Both the position numbers and the translations under genes were made by a program. Below the pieces are notes generated by a model. That model was given only the letters and a program-made list of their open reading frames with translations. It was not told the origin of the DNA and searched no databases. 64,000 nucleotides of DNA from a virus. This document shows, one piece after another, positions 27,154-36,518 of the stretch; the stretch's first letter is position 1; the number at the start of each line of letters is the position of its first letter. The stretch lies in the IMG/VR virus record IMGVR_UViG_3300027804_000039, positions 64,001 to 128,000 of that record; one strand, given 5' to 3'.

Positions 27154-27182
27154 ATAATATACGTATTTTTTATTTAGGTCAA
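27154..27182 (-). promoter_or_regulatory. sigma70-type promoter upstream of nrdA
   Basis: TTGACC-17 nt-TATTAT; a late box TAAATA is also present at 27035-27040. Confidence 0.65.
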
Positions 27183-27207
27183 GTGGCTTTGGCGCAACAT
27201 GACCCAA

Positions 27208-29412
27208 TTAGTGAATTGCGGTATAAGAATAAGAAATTGAACTTAGTGATTCGCCGTCTAGTGGATGCTTATATCTTAAGGCAATCGAAGAGGGTACATC
27301 GCTCAATCCATTAATTTCGTCGCCACTCTGATTTAGAATCACAGCAGAGAATTCCAATTTAAGTGCATCTGTTTCGGACAGTCCAGTAACACTATACTCA
27401 TCGGACAATTGGACTACACTAGTGTGAAGCGATGCGCTTTGATCGATGTCGGCAACTAATGAGATTGTTCCGTTTCTAGTGAAACTGTTTGAATCACTTT
27501 TGTATTGGTAATCAATCTTATAACTAACAGACTTACTTGGGCCACCGTTTGCATTCGAAGATACTGGTAAGACAGATAATAAAGTCCAACCAGATGCAAA
27601 ACCAATAGTTAACTGTTTACTAGCATATGATTTATAAGTTACCGATCCTGCCATTTCTGGAACATAGGGAATCATTGTGAGAGAACCAACTGTTGATGCT
27701 CTAATTTTTGGATCATATGTTCCTAACATTGTAATACCAGCAGATGTTGTTAACTGTCTGTATGTTGGAGTTGGATTTACTGAGTCCAAATATGTATTGG
27801 CAATTTTAAAATGCGTACTGTCTACTACTTCTTGAATGTAGTAAGTTGTTCCTGATACTACTCCGCCATACGTACCATTGAATGTAATTGGAGCTCCAAC
27901 TAGTAGTGCTCCAGTTAGTCCGTTAGTTTCAAATGCGTCTGATACTGAACTAGAACTGATCACTTCTATAGTAGTGCTTTCTCCAGGATTAAACACGCCA
28001 TCGATGGTCAAAGTGTTCATTGTATCAAATGGTGCAATGAATGGTGTAACTACGGTAATATTAGTTTCGCCATCGTAGTCTTCTTTTAATGTTCCTTGAA
28101 CGTGAGAAACGTTTTGTCTTATTAAGGAACCTTTAGAAGCAGTTATTGGATAATCAAGTTCTAAGTTTACAGTATATAACTGGCTTACTAAAAACTCTTC
28201 TCTGTCAGATTGGTTATTTTCACTAGAGTTGCCAACTGAGTTGTAAAATACTTGTGGGTATTCTGGAAAATATACACCAGCACCATCGTTACCAACATTC
28301 TCAAGAGTAGAATTAGACACGGCGTTACCTGAACCTCTAATAATTAATACTGCTTGTCTTTTAATATCTTGAAAGTCGCATGTATCGAATAGTGTTTGTC
28401 TTGGACCGTATTGCTCGCCCACTGTTGAACCATCGGCTCCTTCGCCTAGCACAACACCTTGTCGTAAATCTTGAAATTTACAATTTCTAAAAGAGTTTTT
28501 TTGTATGTCTTGTTTTGACCATACACCGTAACTAAAGCCAGAAACTAAAACTCTGTTAAAACGATTGTCGTTACAAGTCACTAAGGATGAAACAGCAGAG
28601 AGACTAATACCTTTGCTGTTTTCGCTATAAGTGCCATTCCAGCTACCTTTGATAATTAAATCTTCAAACAAACTATTTCTTACAGCATCAAGTTGTAGGC
28701 AAGTTTGATTTGATGTTGCTGTGTTAATTGTTAAGTTCTTTATTGTAATAAAACGAGGCTGTGTGTTGTACAATGTACTGGTCAATGTACTTGGATTTCC
28801 AATTACAGAATTGTCGTTTACAAATTGTATAGCTGTTCCTGAACCAGAGTATGAAATGATAGTCTTATTTGATCCCGCACCAATAATGGTTGCATAACTC
28901 GGAATATAAAGAGTTCCTGTAATCTTATAAATTCCTGGACCTAATTCTAAGACTACTCTAGTCTTGACACCGTCTGATGTGTCTGAGGATGACTTAGTAG
29001 CAGAGTTTAAAAATAACTGATCAATAGCTCTTTGTAGTGCTTGGGTATCGTCTGCTGTTCCGTTGGCAATAGTTCCAAAGTCAGTAGCAGTAACTCTGTC
29101 GTCTAGACGTTCTTGTGTACTGCGAGAAACTGGATCGTTAACAGTCGGGCCGGTTTGAATGTCAGGGTCGTTGGATTTGTAAATGTGTTGAATTAGGTTC
29201 AACAAATTTCCCTGAACAGTTAAGTCTCGTTCAGTAAGAATCTTTGTATTTCCAACAGCAGGACTTCCTTCAGATACAGAACCGTTACCTATGTATAGTT
29301 CTTGTGTATCTAAACTCCACGCTAATTCGCCACTGGCTAATTGCGGGAGCCCTGTTCCTGATAATGATCTACCTCTGCGTATTTGAATACGGCTGATTTG
29401 CACAACTGCCAT
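27208..29412 (-). CDS. Virion tail/tailspike-like protein with pectate-lyase-like beta-helix
   Basis: N-terminal QIRRG...LPQLASGELAWSLDTQELYIGNG; VTATDFG..ANGTADDTQALQRAID marks the beta-helix start; late box at 29434-29439. Confidence 0.65.
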   Translation of the reverse strand: MAVVQISRIQIRRGRSLSGTGLPQLASGELAWSLDTQELYIGNGSVSEGSPAVGNTKILTERDLTVQGNLLNLIQHIYKSNDPDIQTGPTVNDPVSRSTQERLDDRVTATDFGTIANGTADDTQALQRAIDQLFLNSATKSSSDTSDGVKTRVVLELGPGIYKITGTLYIPSYATIIGAGSNKTIISYSGSGTAIQFVNDNSVIGNPSTLTSTLYNTQPRFITIKNLTINTATSNQTCLQLDAVRNSLFEDLIIKGSWNGTYSENSKGISLSAVSSLVTCNDNRFNRVLVSGFSYGVWSKQDIQKNSFRNCKFQDLRQGVVLGEGADGSTVGEQYGPRQTLFDTCDFQDIKRQAVLIIRGSGNAVSNSTLENVGNDGAGVYFPEYPQVFYNSVGNSSENNQSDREEFLVSQLYTVNLELDYPITASKGSLIRQNVSHVQGTLKEDYDGETNITVVTPFIAPFDTMNTLTIDGVFNPGESTTIEVISSSSVSDAFETNGLTGALLVGAPITFNGTYGGVVSGTTYYIQEVVDSTHFKIANTYLDSVNPTPTYRQLTTSAGITMLGTYDPKIRASTVGSLTMIPYVPEMAGSVTYKSYASKQLTIGFASGWTLLSVLPVSSNANGGPSKSVSYKIDYQYKSDSNSFTRNGTISLVADIDQSASLHTSVVQLSDEYSVTGLSETDALKLEFSAVILNQSGDEINGLSDVPSSIALRYKHPLDGESLSSISYSYTAIH

Positions 29413-29439
29413 AATAATATCCTCTATATAGGATATTTA

Positions 29440-30159
29440 TCAGTTGTTGCGGTAGTATTGCTCCACCCTGTCCCACCAGCGTTTTTCCCAGTAATCAAAG
29501 TCCTTTGTTTCAAGTATGAACTCTTGATATTTGGGTTCTTCTGTCATTATTAACTGCTCGTTTAGCTTAGGACTGACGCACATTAACACAACACCTTTGC
29601 GTATGTTTGTACCGTGTACTTCATTGTGTGCTAGAGCATAGGCAGTTAGTTGTAAGTAATAATCCTCAATCCACTCTTGCTTTTTAGGTTTATTAGTTTG
29701 TTTATAGTCTAATATACTTTCATCGTTTAGATGTAAACCGCATCCATCAGTAGTTCCTGCATATAGACCTGGAAAATACAAAGGAACTTCTACTCCCCAA
29801 ACTTCGTTAACATTTTTAAGTCCTTCGCTAATGATATGTTTAGCCATAGCGTGACTTTGTTTACTGTAAGGATTAGTTCCAGGATCGTTTAGTACGCCAT
29901 TAGTTATATAATCTTCTAAGAACTTATGCATACGTGTACCACGACCAGCAGCTTCTGTTACAATTTCCTGTGCTTTAACTTCGCCCACACGTTTTTTCCA
30001 ATTCTGTAATGCTTGGATCTTTTCTATAGGTTTAGTTTTGTCTAGGATTGTTGTAACAGATGGAACTTTAGATCCGTCTGGAGTAGCATATAAACGTTTG
30101 CCTTCAACGCTTTCTCTGCTAATAGGGGTGTAATTGAATTTGTTAGTTAAGAGACTCAT
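29440..30159 (-). CDS. PD-(D/E)XK exonuclease (Cas4/RecB-like phage family)
   Basis: PSVTTIL, RGTRMHKFLE, YAGTTD, ILDYKQT, LQLTAYALA. Confidence 0.85.
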   Translation of the reverse strand: MSLLTNKFNYTPISRESVEGKRLYATPDGSKVPSVTTILDKTKPIEKIQALQNWKKRVGEVKAQEIVTEAAGRGTRMHKFLEDYITNGVLNDPGTNPYSKQSHAMAKHIISEGLKNVNEVWGVEVPLYFPGLYAGTTDGCGLHLNDESILDYKQTNKPKKQEWIEDYYLQLTAYALAHNEVHGTNIRKGVVLMCVSPKLNEQLIMTEEPKYQEFILETKDFDYWEKRWWDRVEQYYRNN

Positions 30160-30165
30160 GGTGCA

Positions 30166-30194
30166 AGTATATAGTCACTTGCACCATTTGTCAA
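30166..30194 (-). promoter_or_regulatory. sigma70 promoter overlapped by an 11-bp inverted repeat; leaderless transcript
   Basis: TTGACA-17 nt-TATACT-6 nt-ATG; arms ATGGTGCAAGT (30158-30168) and ACTTGCACCAT (30177-30187). Confidence 0.75.
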
Positions 30195-30198
30195 TACA

Positions 30199-30525
30199 TT
30201 ATTTGCCCAGTTTGGTTGCACGTTTAGCCATTTGGCTAACAACGCCAGAGTCTTCTTCTCCGCCTACTTCTGGTTTTTGTTTTGCGTCTTGAGTTTTTAC
30301 AGTTACACCTGCACCGTCAAACTTTACAACAAGATTGTGTAAAACTTGTTGTTCTGGAGGTAGACCTTCTTCCTCTTCCCAACGCTGTGCAAATGCTTCA
30401 TAAGAAATTGGGATGCCCATATTTTGTAGGGCACCCCAAGTCATTGGTGCTTTTGTTTGTTGATTGTTGCCTGCGCTTTGAGCCGTGAATAATGTTCTTA
30501 CTAACGGATCAATAGTTTCAATTAC
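30199..30525 (-). other. Open -1 frame extension of the 30522-31523 gene, reachable via the A9G slippery site at 30525-30534
   Basis: TCA AAA AAA AAG TAA in frame 0; the -1 frame reads VIETIDPLVRTLFTAQSAGNNQQTKAPMTWGALQNMG...KLGK* (108 aa). The internal ATG at 30444 lacks an SD. Confidence 0.65.
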
Positions 30526-31523
30526 TTTTTTTTTGATGCTAACAACATGCCTAGTCTACGACTATACTCAATGCTTTCTCTTTTTTCTCTGCCTACTTCT
30601 GGTGCTGGAGGTGTCATTTCTTCTCCGCCTGGCATGCCGCCTGGTGCTGGAGGAGCTTCTGCTCCAAGTTCATCACCTAATCCTGCTGCTGCTTGATCCA
30701 TTGGACCTGCTGGAGCTCCCATAGTTGATACTTCACCGCCTGATACAATTGAAAGTGCGTTTGATAGGCCTTGACGGCTAGTTTCTAGTGCTGTGTAAAT
30801 TGCTTCTAATGCTGGCTTTACTGCCTCTTGATATGATTGGGCTACATCACTGCCCTGTGTTTCTCTTATAGAGTCTAATAATTCTAATAGCTGTTCAGCT
30901 TTCATTGCCGCTACGTCTTCTAGCCAACCAGTAATACGGTCGACCATATCTTTAGTAGCCATGATAGTTTCGGCTTTGCTTTCTTCGCCTTCCAAAAGCA
31001 TCCAACTTGCTCGGCTTTCATTAATATCGTAACGAATCTTTAGTTCTGCCTTTAGTTCTTCTTTGTCAGCTTCGCCTAACTGAATTCTTTTTAGAGCACT
31101 CTCGATCCAGCTTTCAGGAACAGATTCGCTCATTGCACGTTTACGGATAGTTGCCCAGTATACGTTCTCGCCTTTTTCTTTGCCGTATTGTTTTTTCATA
31201 GACGCCTTCATATCTGACTTGTCTGTTTTCTTCTTAATATCTTTTTCTTTGCTTTTTTCAGCTGGTGTCATTTCGCGTTCTAGAATCTCTTGATTAATGC
31301 AATCTAGCATTAAACGTGTTTTTTGATACTGTGGGCTTTCAAGCACAGAATCAAATGCTTCTGAAAGCTCCATTTGACTTAGTCTAGTGCGAAGCTTGTT
31401 ACGTGCATCTTCAAGTTGCACGTCTGAAAACTGTTCGAAGTTAATGGTATAGCCAAACTTCTTAGCTAGGTTTTCATTTAGTACCTTTGAGGTAATTGGT
31501 TTTTGAAATTCTCTAATTTGCAT
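30522..31523 (-). CDS. Late head-associated protein (possible prohead core/scaffold)
   Basis: TATAAATA at 31550-31557; MQIREF N-terminus; acidic helical body, P/G/A-rich linker, ends SKKK. Confidence 0.55.
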   Translation of the reverse strand: MQIREFQKPITSKVLNENLAKKFGYTINFEQFSDVQLEDARNKLRTRLSQMELSEAFDSVLESPQYQKTRLMLDCINQEILEREMTPAEKSKEKDIKKKTDKSDMKASMKKQYGKEKGENVYWATIRKRAMSESVPESWIESALKRIQLGEADKEELKAELKIRYDINESRASWMLLEGEESKAETIMATKDMVDRITGWLEDVAAMKAEQLLELLDSIRETQGSDVAQSYQEAVKPALEAIYTALETSRQGLSNALSIVSGGEVSTMGAPAGPMDQAAAGLGDELGAEAPPAPGGMPGGEEMTPPAPEVGREKRESIEYSRRLGMLLASKKK

Positions 31524-31552
31524 GATTCTGTCCTAGAAATCTTATTACGTAT

Positions 31553-32008
31553 TTATACGAAACTCCATTTAAACATCCTGGAAATTTCATCCTGGTAGTA
31601 CTGTTTTCGTAAGTTACTCTCTTCTAATCTATTTAACAAAATTAGAAAACGCTCTAATTCTTTTGCAGTCTTGATGTTGTTCTGGAACACTATACTATCT
31701 GTGTAGTTAGCCCAGTAAAGTGTGTCTAAGCGTTTGATTTCTTGAAACTTTTCCAAGTTAACTTGATAGTACGCCTTGGCCGCTAGCAGAGCACATGTTT
31801 TTAAGTAGAATTCTTCTACATACATTTTGTTTCTACGATTGAGTATTGCCCAGTTGCCCTTAGTTGTCTTTTTTACAATGTAATCTTTGTAAGCTATACT
31901 ACCATCGGCCAACACAGTAAGCTGCAGGGTTTTGCCAAATTCTGAAGTAAGATCTTTGGCCAGCTCTTTTATTCTAATAGTGGGCGTTTTACGAGTTGAT
32001 TTTTTCAT
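31553..32008 (-). CDS. Hypothetical protein
   Basis: 151 aa ORF in operon. Confidence 0.6.
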   Translation of the reverse strand: MKKSTRKTPTIRIKELAKDLTSEFGKTLQLTVLADGSIAYKDYIVKKTTKGNWAILNRRNKMYVEEFYLKTCALLAAKAYYQVNLEKFQEIKRLDTLYWANYTDSIVFQNNIKTAKELERFLILLNRLEESNLRKQYYQDEISRMFKWSFV

Positions 32009-32249
32009 TGGCTACTACCTTAGGATCGTTGTGTCCTATCTTAGTTACCAAACTTTTACGAATCATACCCTCGATTGTGAATTGATCGTGTTCACCCAAC
32101 GAGCTGAGTTTAACTGGAGTTTTTAATCTTTTAAGCAACTTTGCTTCTTCGTTGGTTGTGTAGATTTGAAAGCTGCTGATCATCTCGGCCATGTTATCGC
32201 GAGATTTGCCAACTGGGCTAGAATATCCTAATAGTTCGTGTATTTTCAT
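31989..32249 (-). CDS. Hypothetical protein (MKIHELL N-terminus)
   Basis: ATGA coupling to the upstream gene. Confidence 0.6.
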   Translation of the reverse strand: MKIHELLGYSSPVGKSRDNMAEMISSFQIYTTNEEAKLLKRLKTPVKLSSLGEHDQFTIEGMIRKSLVTKIGHNDPKVVANEKINS

Positions 32250-32806
32250 AGCCCGCTTAACTTTCGAATATCCGCCAAGGACTCTGCTACTTTAACATCC
32301 ATGCCTGGAATTATCTTTGGCATTTGCATTTGTAGTGTGTTGCCCGTACCTGGTGTTAACTGTGTTGCAGTTACAGTTTTTACTCCCGTTGGCGTTGCAA
32401 TATCTACTGAACCATCGGGTTTGACCTGCGAAACTTTGCCTACCATTTGTCCTGGCATTTCTTCTTGTACTGATTTTCCAGAATATTTTTGAACTAACAT
32501 TTTATATTGTTGCATTACTGCAGCGTTGTGCTTTTGTGCGTCTGGCAAAATACCGCGAACTAGCGATAGTTTCTTTGCTTGAAGCTCTGCTGCAAACTGT
32601 GGATTAGATTGTTTCAATGCATTTACTTGTGCCATTATCGCCGCATCTTCTGGAGCTTCGTTAATTTTAACAGGCTTCAACTTAGCATCGTTCTTGTCAG
32701 GACCGTATAATGGAACTGGGCCTTGAGCTTTGGTAGTAGCTTTCTTATTATAGATGTGAGCTCTAACACCTTTCTTGTGTTCGCTTACGATTTGTTTAAC
32801 TTTCAT
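32246..32806 (-). CDS. Hypothetical protein (MKVKQIVSE N-terminus)
   Basis: Start at ATG 32806 after GGAG; ends SLADIRKLSGL. Confidence 0.6.
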   Translation of the reverse strand: MKVKQIVSEHKKGVRAHIYNKKATTKAQGPVPLYGPDKNDAKLKPVKINEAPEDAAIMAQVNALKQSNPQFAAELQAKKLSLVRGILPDAQKHNAAVMQQYKMLVQKYSGKSVQEEMPGQMVGKVSQVKPDGSVDIATPTGVKTVTATQLTPGTGNTLQMQMPKIIPGMDVKVAESLADIRKLSGL

Positions 32807-33497
32807 TATGTTCTCCAATGCTAAGACTAGCACTTTCTAATTTATCTATATATTTACGCAATTTATCAATTTGGCCGCGGGCTCTTAGCAACTTAAATGC
32901 TAGGTTTTCTACGCTGTGTTCGCCGCCTGCTTCTAGTCCAGCTTGACGTAATTTTCTAAGGCCAGCCATGGCTGATTTAGCAGTATCTAATTCGTCAGAC
33001 TTAAGAGCTTGATTGATCTTTGCTGAATAGTTTCGTGCTTTGCTTTTAACTTCTTGAGCTGTTGCTTTAGGTGCGCCTGGTTTGGGTTCGCTGATCCATT
33101 GGTCGTTTAGTATACTGTATATGCCTGATGAGTGATGTTTTTGTCGTGCATCCTGTACATATAATTCTACATCAATATCTTTGATTGTAATATTGTATCT
33201 AGAGTTATATACATTCTTTTTAGCATCGTACAGTTCAGCTTTTTCTGGAGTGTCAACTACAGCTACTAAGTGTAAGTCTAAGTCACTGCTGTCACTGTAG
33301 CCAAAGCTGGCGTTTGATCCGCTGATGGTTATATCCTTTAGGTTAAGTCTTTCAACGTTTAAATATTCAGCAAAGTGTTTGGCAATAATCAACAGTTGTC
33401 GTCTTACTTCAGGAATAAGACGATCATCCGCCCATAGCTTAGGGTTAAGCTGGTCGTTGTGCGTGATTGGATCTGGGGATAGCTCTTGAACTTTCAT
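32796..33497 (-). CDS. Pol-beta superfamily nucleotidyltransferase
   Basis: ITISGSNA...YSDSSDLDLH (GS...DxD), DVELYVQD third acidic residue; TAAATA at 33502-33507. Confidence 0.75.
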   Translation of the reverse strand: MKVQELSPDPITHNDQLNPKLWADDRLIPEVRRQLLIIAKHFAEYLNVERLNLKDITISGSNASFGYSDSSDLDLHLVAVVDTPEKAELYDAKKNVYNSRYNITIKDIDVELYVQDARQKHHSSGIYSILNDQWISEPKPGAPKATAQEVKSKARNYSAKINQALKSDELDTAKSAMAGLRKLRQAGLEAGGEHSVENLAFKLLRARGQIDKLRKYIDKLESASLSIGEHNES

Positions 33498-33513
33498 TCT
33501 GTATTTAACAGAA

Positions 33514-33915
33514 TTAGAGTCCTAAGAACTTAAGAATGTGTGGAAAGTTTACTGCGTTTAGCCAACCAGTGCCAGCTGCAAAAGCAAGAGCAACCATAGC
33601 GTACATAGTCCACTTGTTTTTAACTTTTTCTAGTTCGTTAATTTTACTAGCAAGAGCGTTGTGTTGCTCTGTTTGTTCAAGGTTTAGCTTATCGGCGTGT
33701 GCATAAAACTGAGTTCTGCTCGATCTATACTCATCTAGCATACTATCTAGTTTTAGATCTAGTTGATCTCTAGTACGATCTAAACAGTCGTGCATGTCTT
33801 TAACATCAGTTTTAAGATCGACTAACTTGTCGTTAATATTTTCAACTTTTGTTTCTAGTACGCTTACACGTTCAGGTAGCGTAGCCAGTTGTGCAACTGC
33901 TTCTTTTGTGGCCAT
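33514..33915 (-). CDS. Coiled-coil protein with C-terminal TM helix (XhlA/holin-like architecture)
   Basis: Heptad coiled coil then KWTMYAMVALAFAAGTGW. Confidence 0.5.
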   Translation of the reverse strand: MATKEAVAQLATLPERVSVLETKVENINDKLVDLKTDVKDMHDCLDRTRDQLDLKLDSMLDEYRSSRTQFYAHADKLNLEQTEQHNALASKINELEKVKNKWTMYAMVALAFAAGTGWLNAVNFPHILKFLGL

Positions 33916-34006
33916 CGTCGGCGGTTCCTTTAATTAATGTGTCCAAATACGGTATTTGGTGTATGATTAATTTGCCTGAATTGATGTGCCTTTACAGATA
34001 TATTTA

Positions 34007-34408
34007 TTATTTTTTTACAAAGATTATGTTTCGAGCAACACCGTCTGTAACAAATACGTTGTAGTTTTGTTCCATGCATTCATCTAAGCCGCTAATATAT
34101 GGAATTCCTTCAAAGTCTTCTATCATTAGGCCAATAGGATTGTTATCTTTTTCAAATAAAAATTCTCGTTCGGTATTAAAATCAAAGCGCCAAACACGGA
34201 CGATTTCATCTGTATTAAATCCTACTAGACTTCCTCGCATCTCACTAACTACTGGTTTTTCTGTAAAGCTAACATTAGCTCTAATACCCAGTGTTTGCAG
34301 TATAGTTTGAAAGTTTTGTTCTTTCCAACGTAAGTGTTCTTTGCCTGGCTCAGTACGGTACTGACCGGTGTTGGTAATGTCAACTGTGGTATAGAGTTTA
34401 TATTGCAT
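34007..34408 (-). CDS. Hypothetical late protein
   Basis: TAAATA at 34414-34419, 5 nt before the ATG. Confidence 0.6.
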   Translation of the reverse strand: MQYKLYTTVDITNTGQYRTEPGKEHLRWKEQNFQTILQTLGIRANVSFTEKPVVSEMRGSLVGFNTDEIVRVWRFDFNTEREFLFEKDNNPIGLMIEDFEGIPYISGLDECMEQNYNVFVTDGVARNIIFVKK

Positions 34409-34426
34409 GGCTATATTTAACAGCCA

Positions 34427-34453
34427 TAAAAAAAGGCCTAGTTAAACTAGGCC
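34427..34453 (-). terminator. Rho-independent terminator
   Basis: GGCCTAGT-TTA-ACTAGGCC followed by a T run. Confidence 0.85.
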
Positions 34454-34478
34454 CTTCCTTCCCATCCCTAGGAATTAA

Positions 34479-34880
34479 TTAAGCACGAGCTGCTACGAAA
34501 CCTGCTGGCTTAGTAACTGTTGCTGCTGTACCGCCATTACCTGCTGCGATTGCTGTTTCTAGAACACCGTAACCACCGTTACCTGCTGCACCGCCAGTTG
34601 TACCTTGAGCGGCTGTGTCGCCGTCCCATTGTGTATCTGTTGCGATGATTGCGTGGAAGTAATCAGTTGAGTCATCAATTGGTGTGAAAACTGCGTATAC
34701 TTCGGCTGTTTGTTGTAAAGCACGAACTGACTTGCTGAACAAGCTGTTTGCGTCTGCGTAGCTGACATAAACACCGTCGATAGCTACTTTGATAACTTCT
34801 AAGTGACGTGTGCCAAATTGGCTTGATGGAGCAGCTTTTAAATAATTGGCTGCTACTGTTTCTCCGACTAATGATGGCAT
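34479..34880 (-). CDS. Small A/G/T-rich late protein, probably virion; paralogue of 44917-45366
   Basis: Own late box (34938-34943), AGGAG SD and terminator. Confidence 0.6.
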   Translation of the reverse strand: MPSLVGETVAANYLKAAPSSQFGTRHLEVIKVAIDGVYVSYADANSLFSKSVRALQQTAEVYAVFTPIDDSTDYFHAIIATDTQWDGDTAAQGTTGGAAGNGGYGVLETAIAAGNGGTAATVTKPAGFVAARA

Positions 34881-34965
34881 AATAATTCTCCTCTAATATG
34901 CGTTTCATAACTCACTACTCTGTGAGCTTTGTATATGTATTTAGTTCGGTTAGAAAAAAATGGGC

Positions 34966-35751
34966 TTATACGCCTATTTTCTTATAGATGTTTTTGAACC
35001 AGTCTAGACTGTTTTCTTGTACTGGCGCACGGCCTTTTTCAACCCAGTTCTTGTCTTGTTGTACATGGGCCAATAATGCTTGAGCTTGATCTGATGGCAG
35101 GCTCTTCATAATAGCTTCAACGCTTCCTAAGTTTTCACCGGTTGCTTTAGGACCCAATAACACCTTCGCTATGTCGTCCCAGTCATCCGCAACTAACTCG
35201 CCTTTTTTGTTTTCAGGAGTACGGGCATACAATCCTTCCCATGCACTATAAACATAACCTTTTTGTTTTGCTAGACTAGCAATCATAAGTTGTTTGCTTA
35301 CGCCTTTGTATGGGCTACCGCGTGGGATTCTATGTTGGTGGTAACGCTGAACTTTACCTACTTTACGAATACACTCTAAGTCTACTTGGTGTGCATTAGG
35401 ACCATATGGTAAACGAACAAATACATTTACTCCTGCTTGGCTTGTTTGCAACCCTAACTGCTGTATAGCATCTGACAATGCTCTGCGAGCTGCTTTTTCA
35501 ACAGTATCTTTTTTATCTGCTGGATTTGGTTCTACATTGAGCTTCTGTATAATATCGTCTAAATCGACCATGTTGTCTAAATCACTGGCCATCTCTTCTG
35601 GGTCACGATCTGGATCGCTAGTTGAACCTACAGGCACACATTCTAAACCTAGCTTGGCTAGGTATTTGTTCATTTTATCTCTAAGCTCGTCCGCATACTT
35701 CTTTTGAAAAGGAACGGTATCTGGGAATATCTTACTGCCCTTTTCAGCCAT
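34966..35751 (-). CDS. Hypothetical protein with possible Pol-beta-type nucleotidyltransferase motif
   Basis: VPVGSTS...ASDLDNMVD, later HQVDL; start MAEKG at 35751. Confidence 0.5.
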   Translation of the reverse strand: MAEKGSKIFPDTVPFQKKYADELRDKMNKYLAKLGLECVPVGSTSDPDRDPEEMASDLDNMVDLDDIIQKLNVEPNPADKKDTVEKAARRALSDAIQQLGLQTSQAGVNVFVRLPYGPNAHQVDLECIRKVGKVQRYHQHRIPRGSPYKGVSKQLMIASLAKQKGYVYSAWEGLYARTPENKKGELVADDWDDIAKVLLGPKATGENLGSVEAIMKSLPSDQAQALLAHVQQDKNWVEKGRAPVQENSLDWFKNIYKKIGV

Positions 35752-36001
35752 TGTCTTTACCTTCTTGAATACGCTTGATGCCGCGTTTGAATTTTGTAGC
35801 ATCTCCTGCTTTGATACTGTTGATAAAGCGACGCTCTAGCTCTGCGGCTGTTTCTATATCGTAGTTTTCTTTAATCAAAGTCAGTAAATTGATCGCACTT
35901 TGAATCAAGTTCGACCCCCTGCTTTCTATAACTAAATCGGTATCTCTGCTGATACCTAAGTCCGAAAGTTCTTGTAATATTGATCTAGTACTCTTACGCA
36001 T
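35744..36001 (-). CDS. Hypothetical protein
   Basis: MRKSTRSILQEL...; TAAATA at 36021-36026. Confidence 0.65.
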   Translation of the reverse strand: MRKSTRSILQELSDLGISRDTDLVIESRGSNLIQSAINLLTLIKENYDIETAAELERRFINSIKAGDATKFKRGIKRIQEGKDNG

Positions 36002-36075
36002 AATTGTTATTTTCCACATGTATTTATGGCATATTACAATATTGTTTTAATAAAATCAAGTCCTAGCTTGGTCGG

Positions 36076-36083
36076 TATAAATA
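36076..36083 (+). promoter_or_regulatory. TATAAATA late box driving the plus-strand island
   Basis: Exact T4 late consensus, divergent from the box at 36021. Confidence 0.6.
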
Positions 36084-36131
36084 CTCAGTAGAAACCATGA
36101 GTTGCTACACACACTTACAGAGGAAAGTAAA

Positions 36132-36314
36132 ATGCAAACCCTATCAAGGAACATGCTAGCCATTTTAGAGCGACTAGCAGAGATGTTCCCATCAAGCTCT
36201 TATCAAACTCGCTTAGACGAATATCTACGCACCAAAGGCATTACCGATGCCGCACAGTTAGAAAGCTATATCCAGCAGTTCAACTACAATTCTCACAAGG
36301 AAAATTTAATATGA
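36132..36314 (+). CDS. Small hypothetical protein (DUF3563-like)
   Basis: AGAGGA SD; YQTRLDEYL...DAAQLESYIQQF. Confidence 0.55.
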   Translation: MQTLSRNMLAILERLAEMFPSSSYQTRLDEYLRTKGITDAAQLESYIQQFNYNSHKENLI

Positions 36315-36433
36315 AATCATTTATCACTAGTTTTTTCTCTTTTTTTGAAGGCATTGGAAAAGCCAAAGCCGCAGCAACATTCGCTCGCATGGGCAGACAT
36401 GACTTAGCTAAAGAAATAATGCTTAGAGATTAA
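36311..36433 (+). CDS. Small hypothetical protein (40 aa)
   Basis: MKSFITSFFSFFEGIGKAKAAATFARMGRHDLAKEIMLRD; AAGGA SD. Confidence 0.6.
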   Translation: MKSFITSFFSFFEGIGKAKAAATFARMGRHDLAKEIMLRD

Positions 36434-36518
36434 TTGGCAACATTAAACCATGTTAACTCTTGATTTTTATCCTTTAGGGATATATAATAACACATACACT
36501 AACACACAAGGAGAAGTT

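Noticed and set aside
19420-35945. TTCGAA/GTTCGA-like T-loop fragments (about 19428 and 35930) suggesting tRNAs
   Set aside because: Both lie inside CDSs and no cloverleaf could be built; tRNAscan/ARAGORN would be needed to exclude tRNAs fully.
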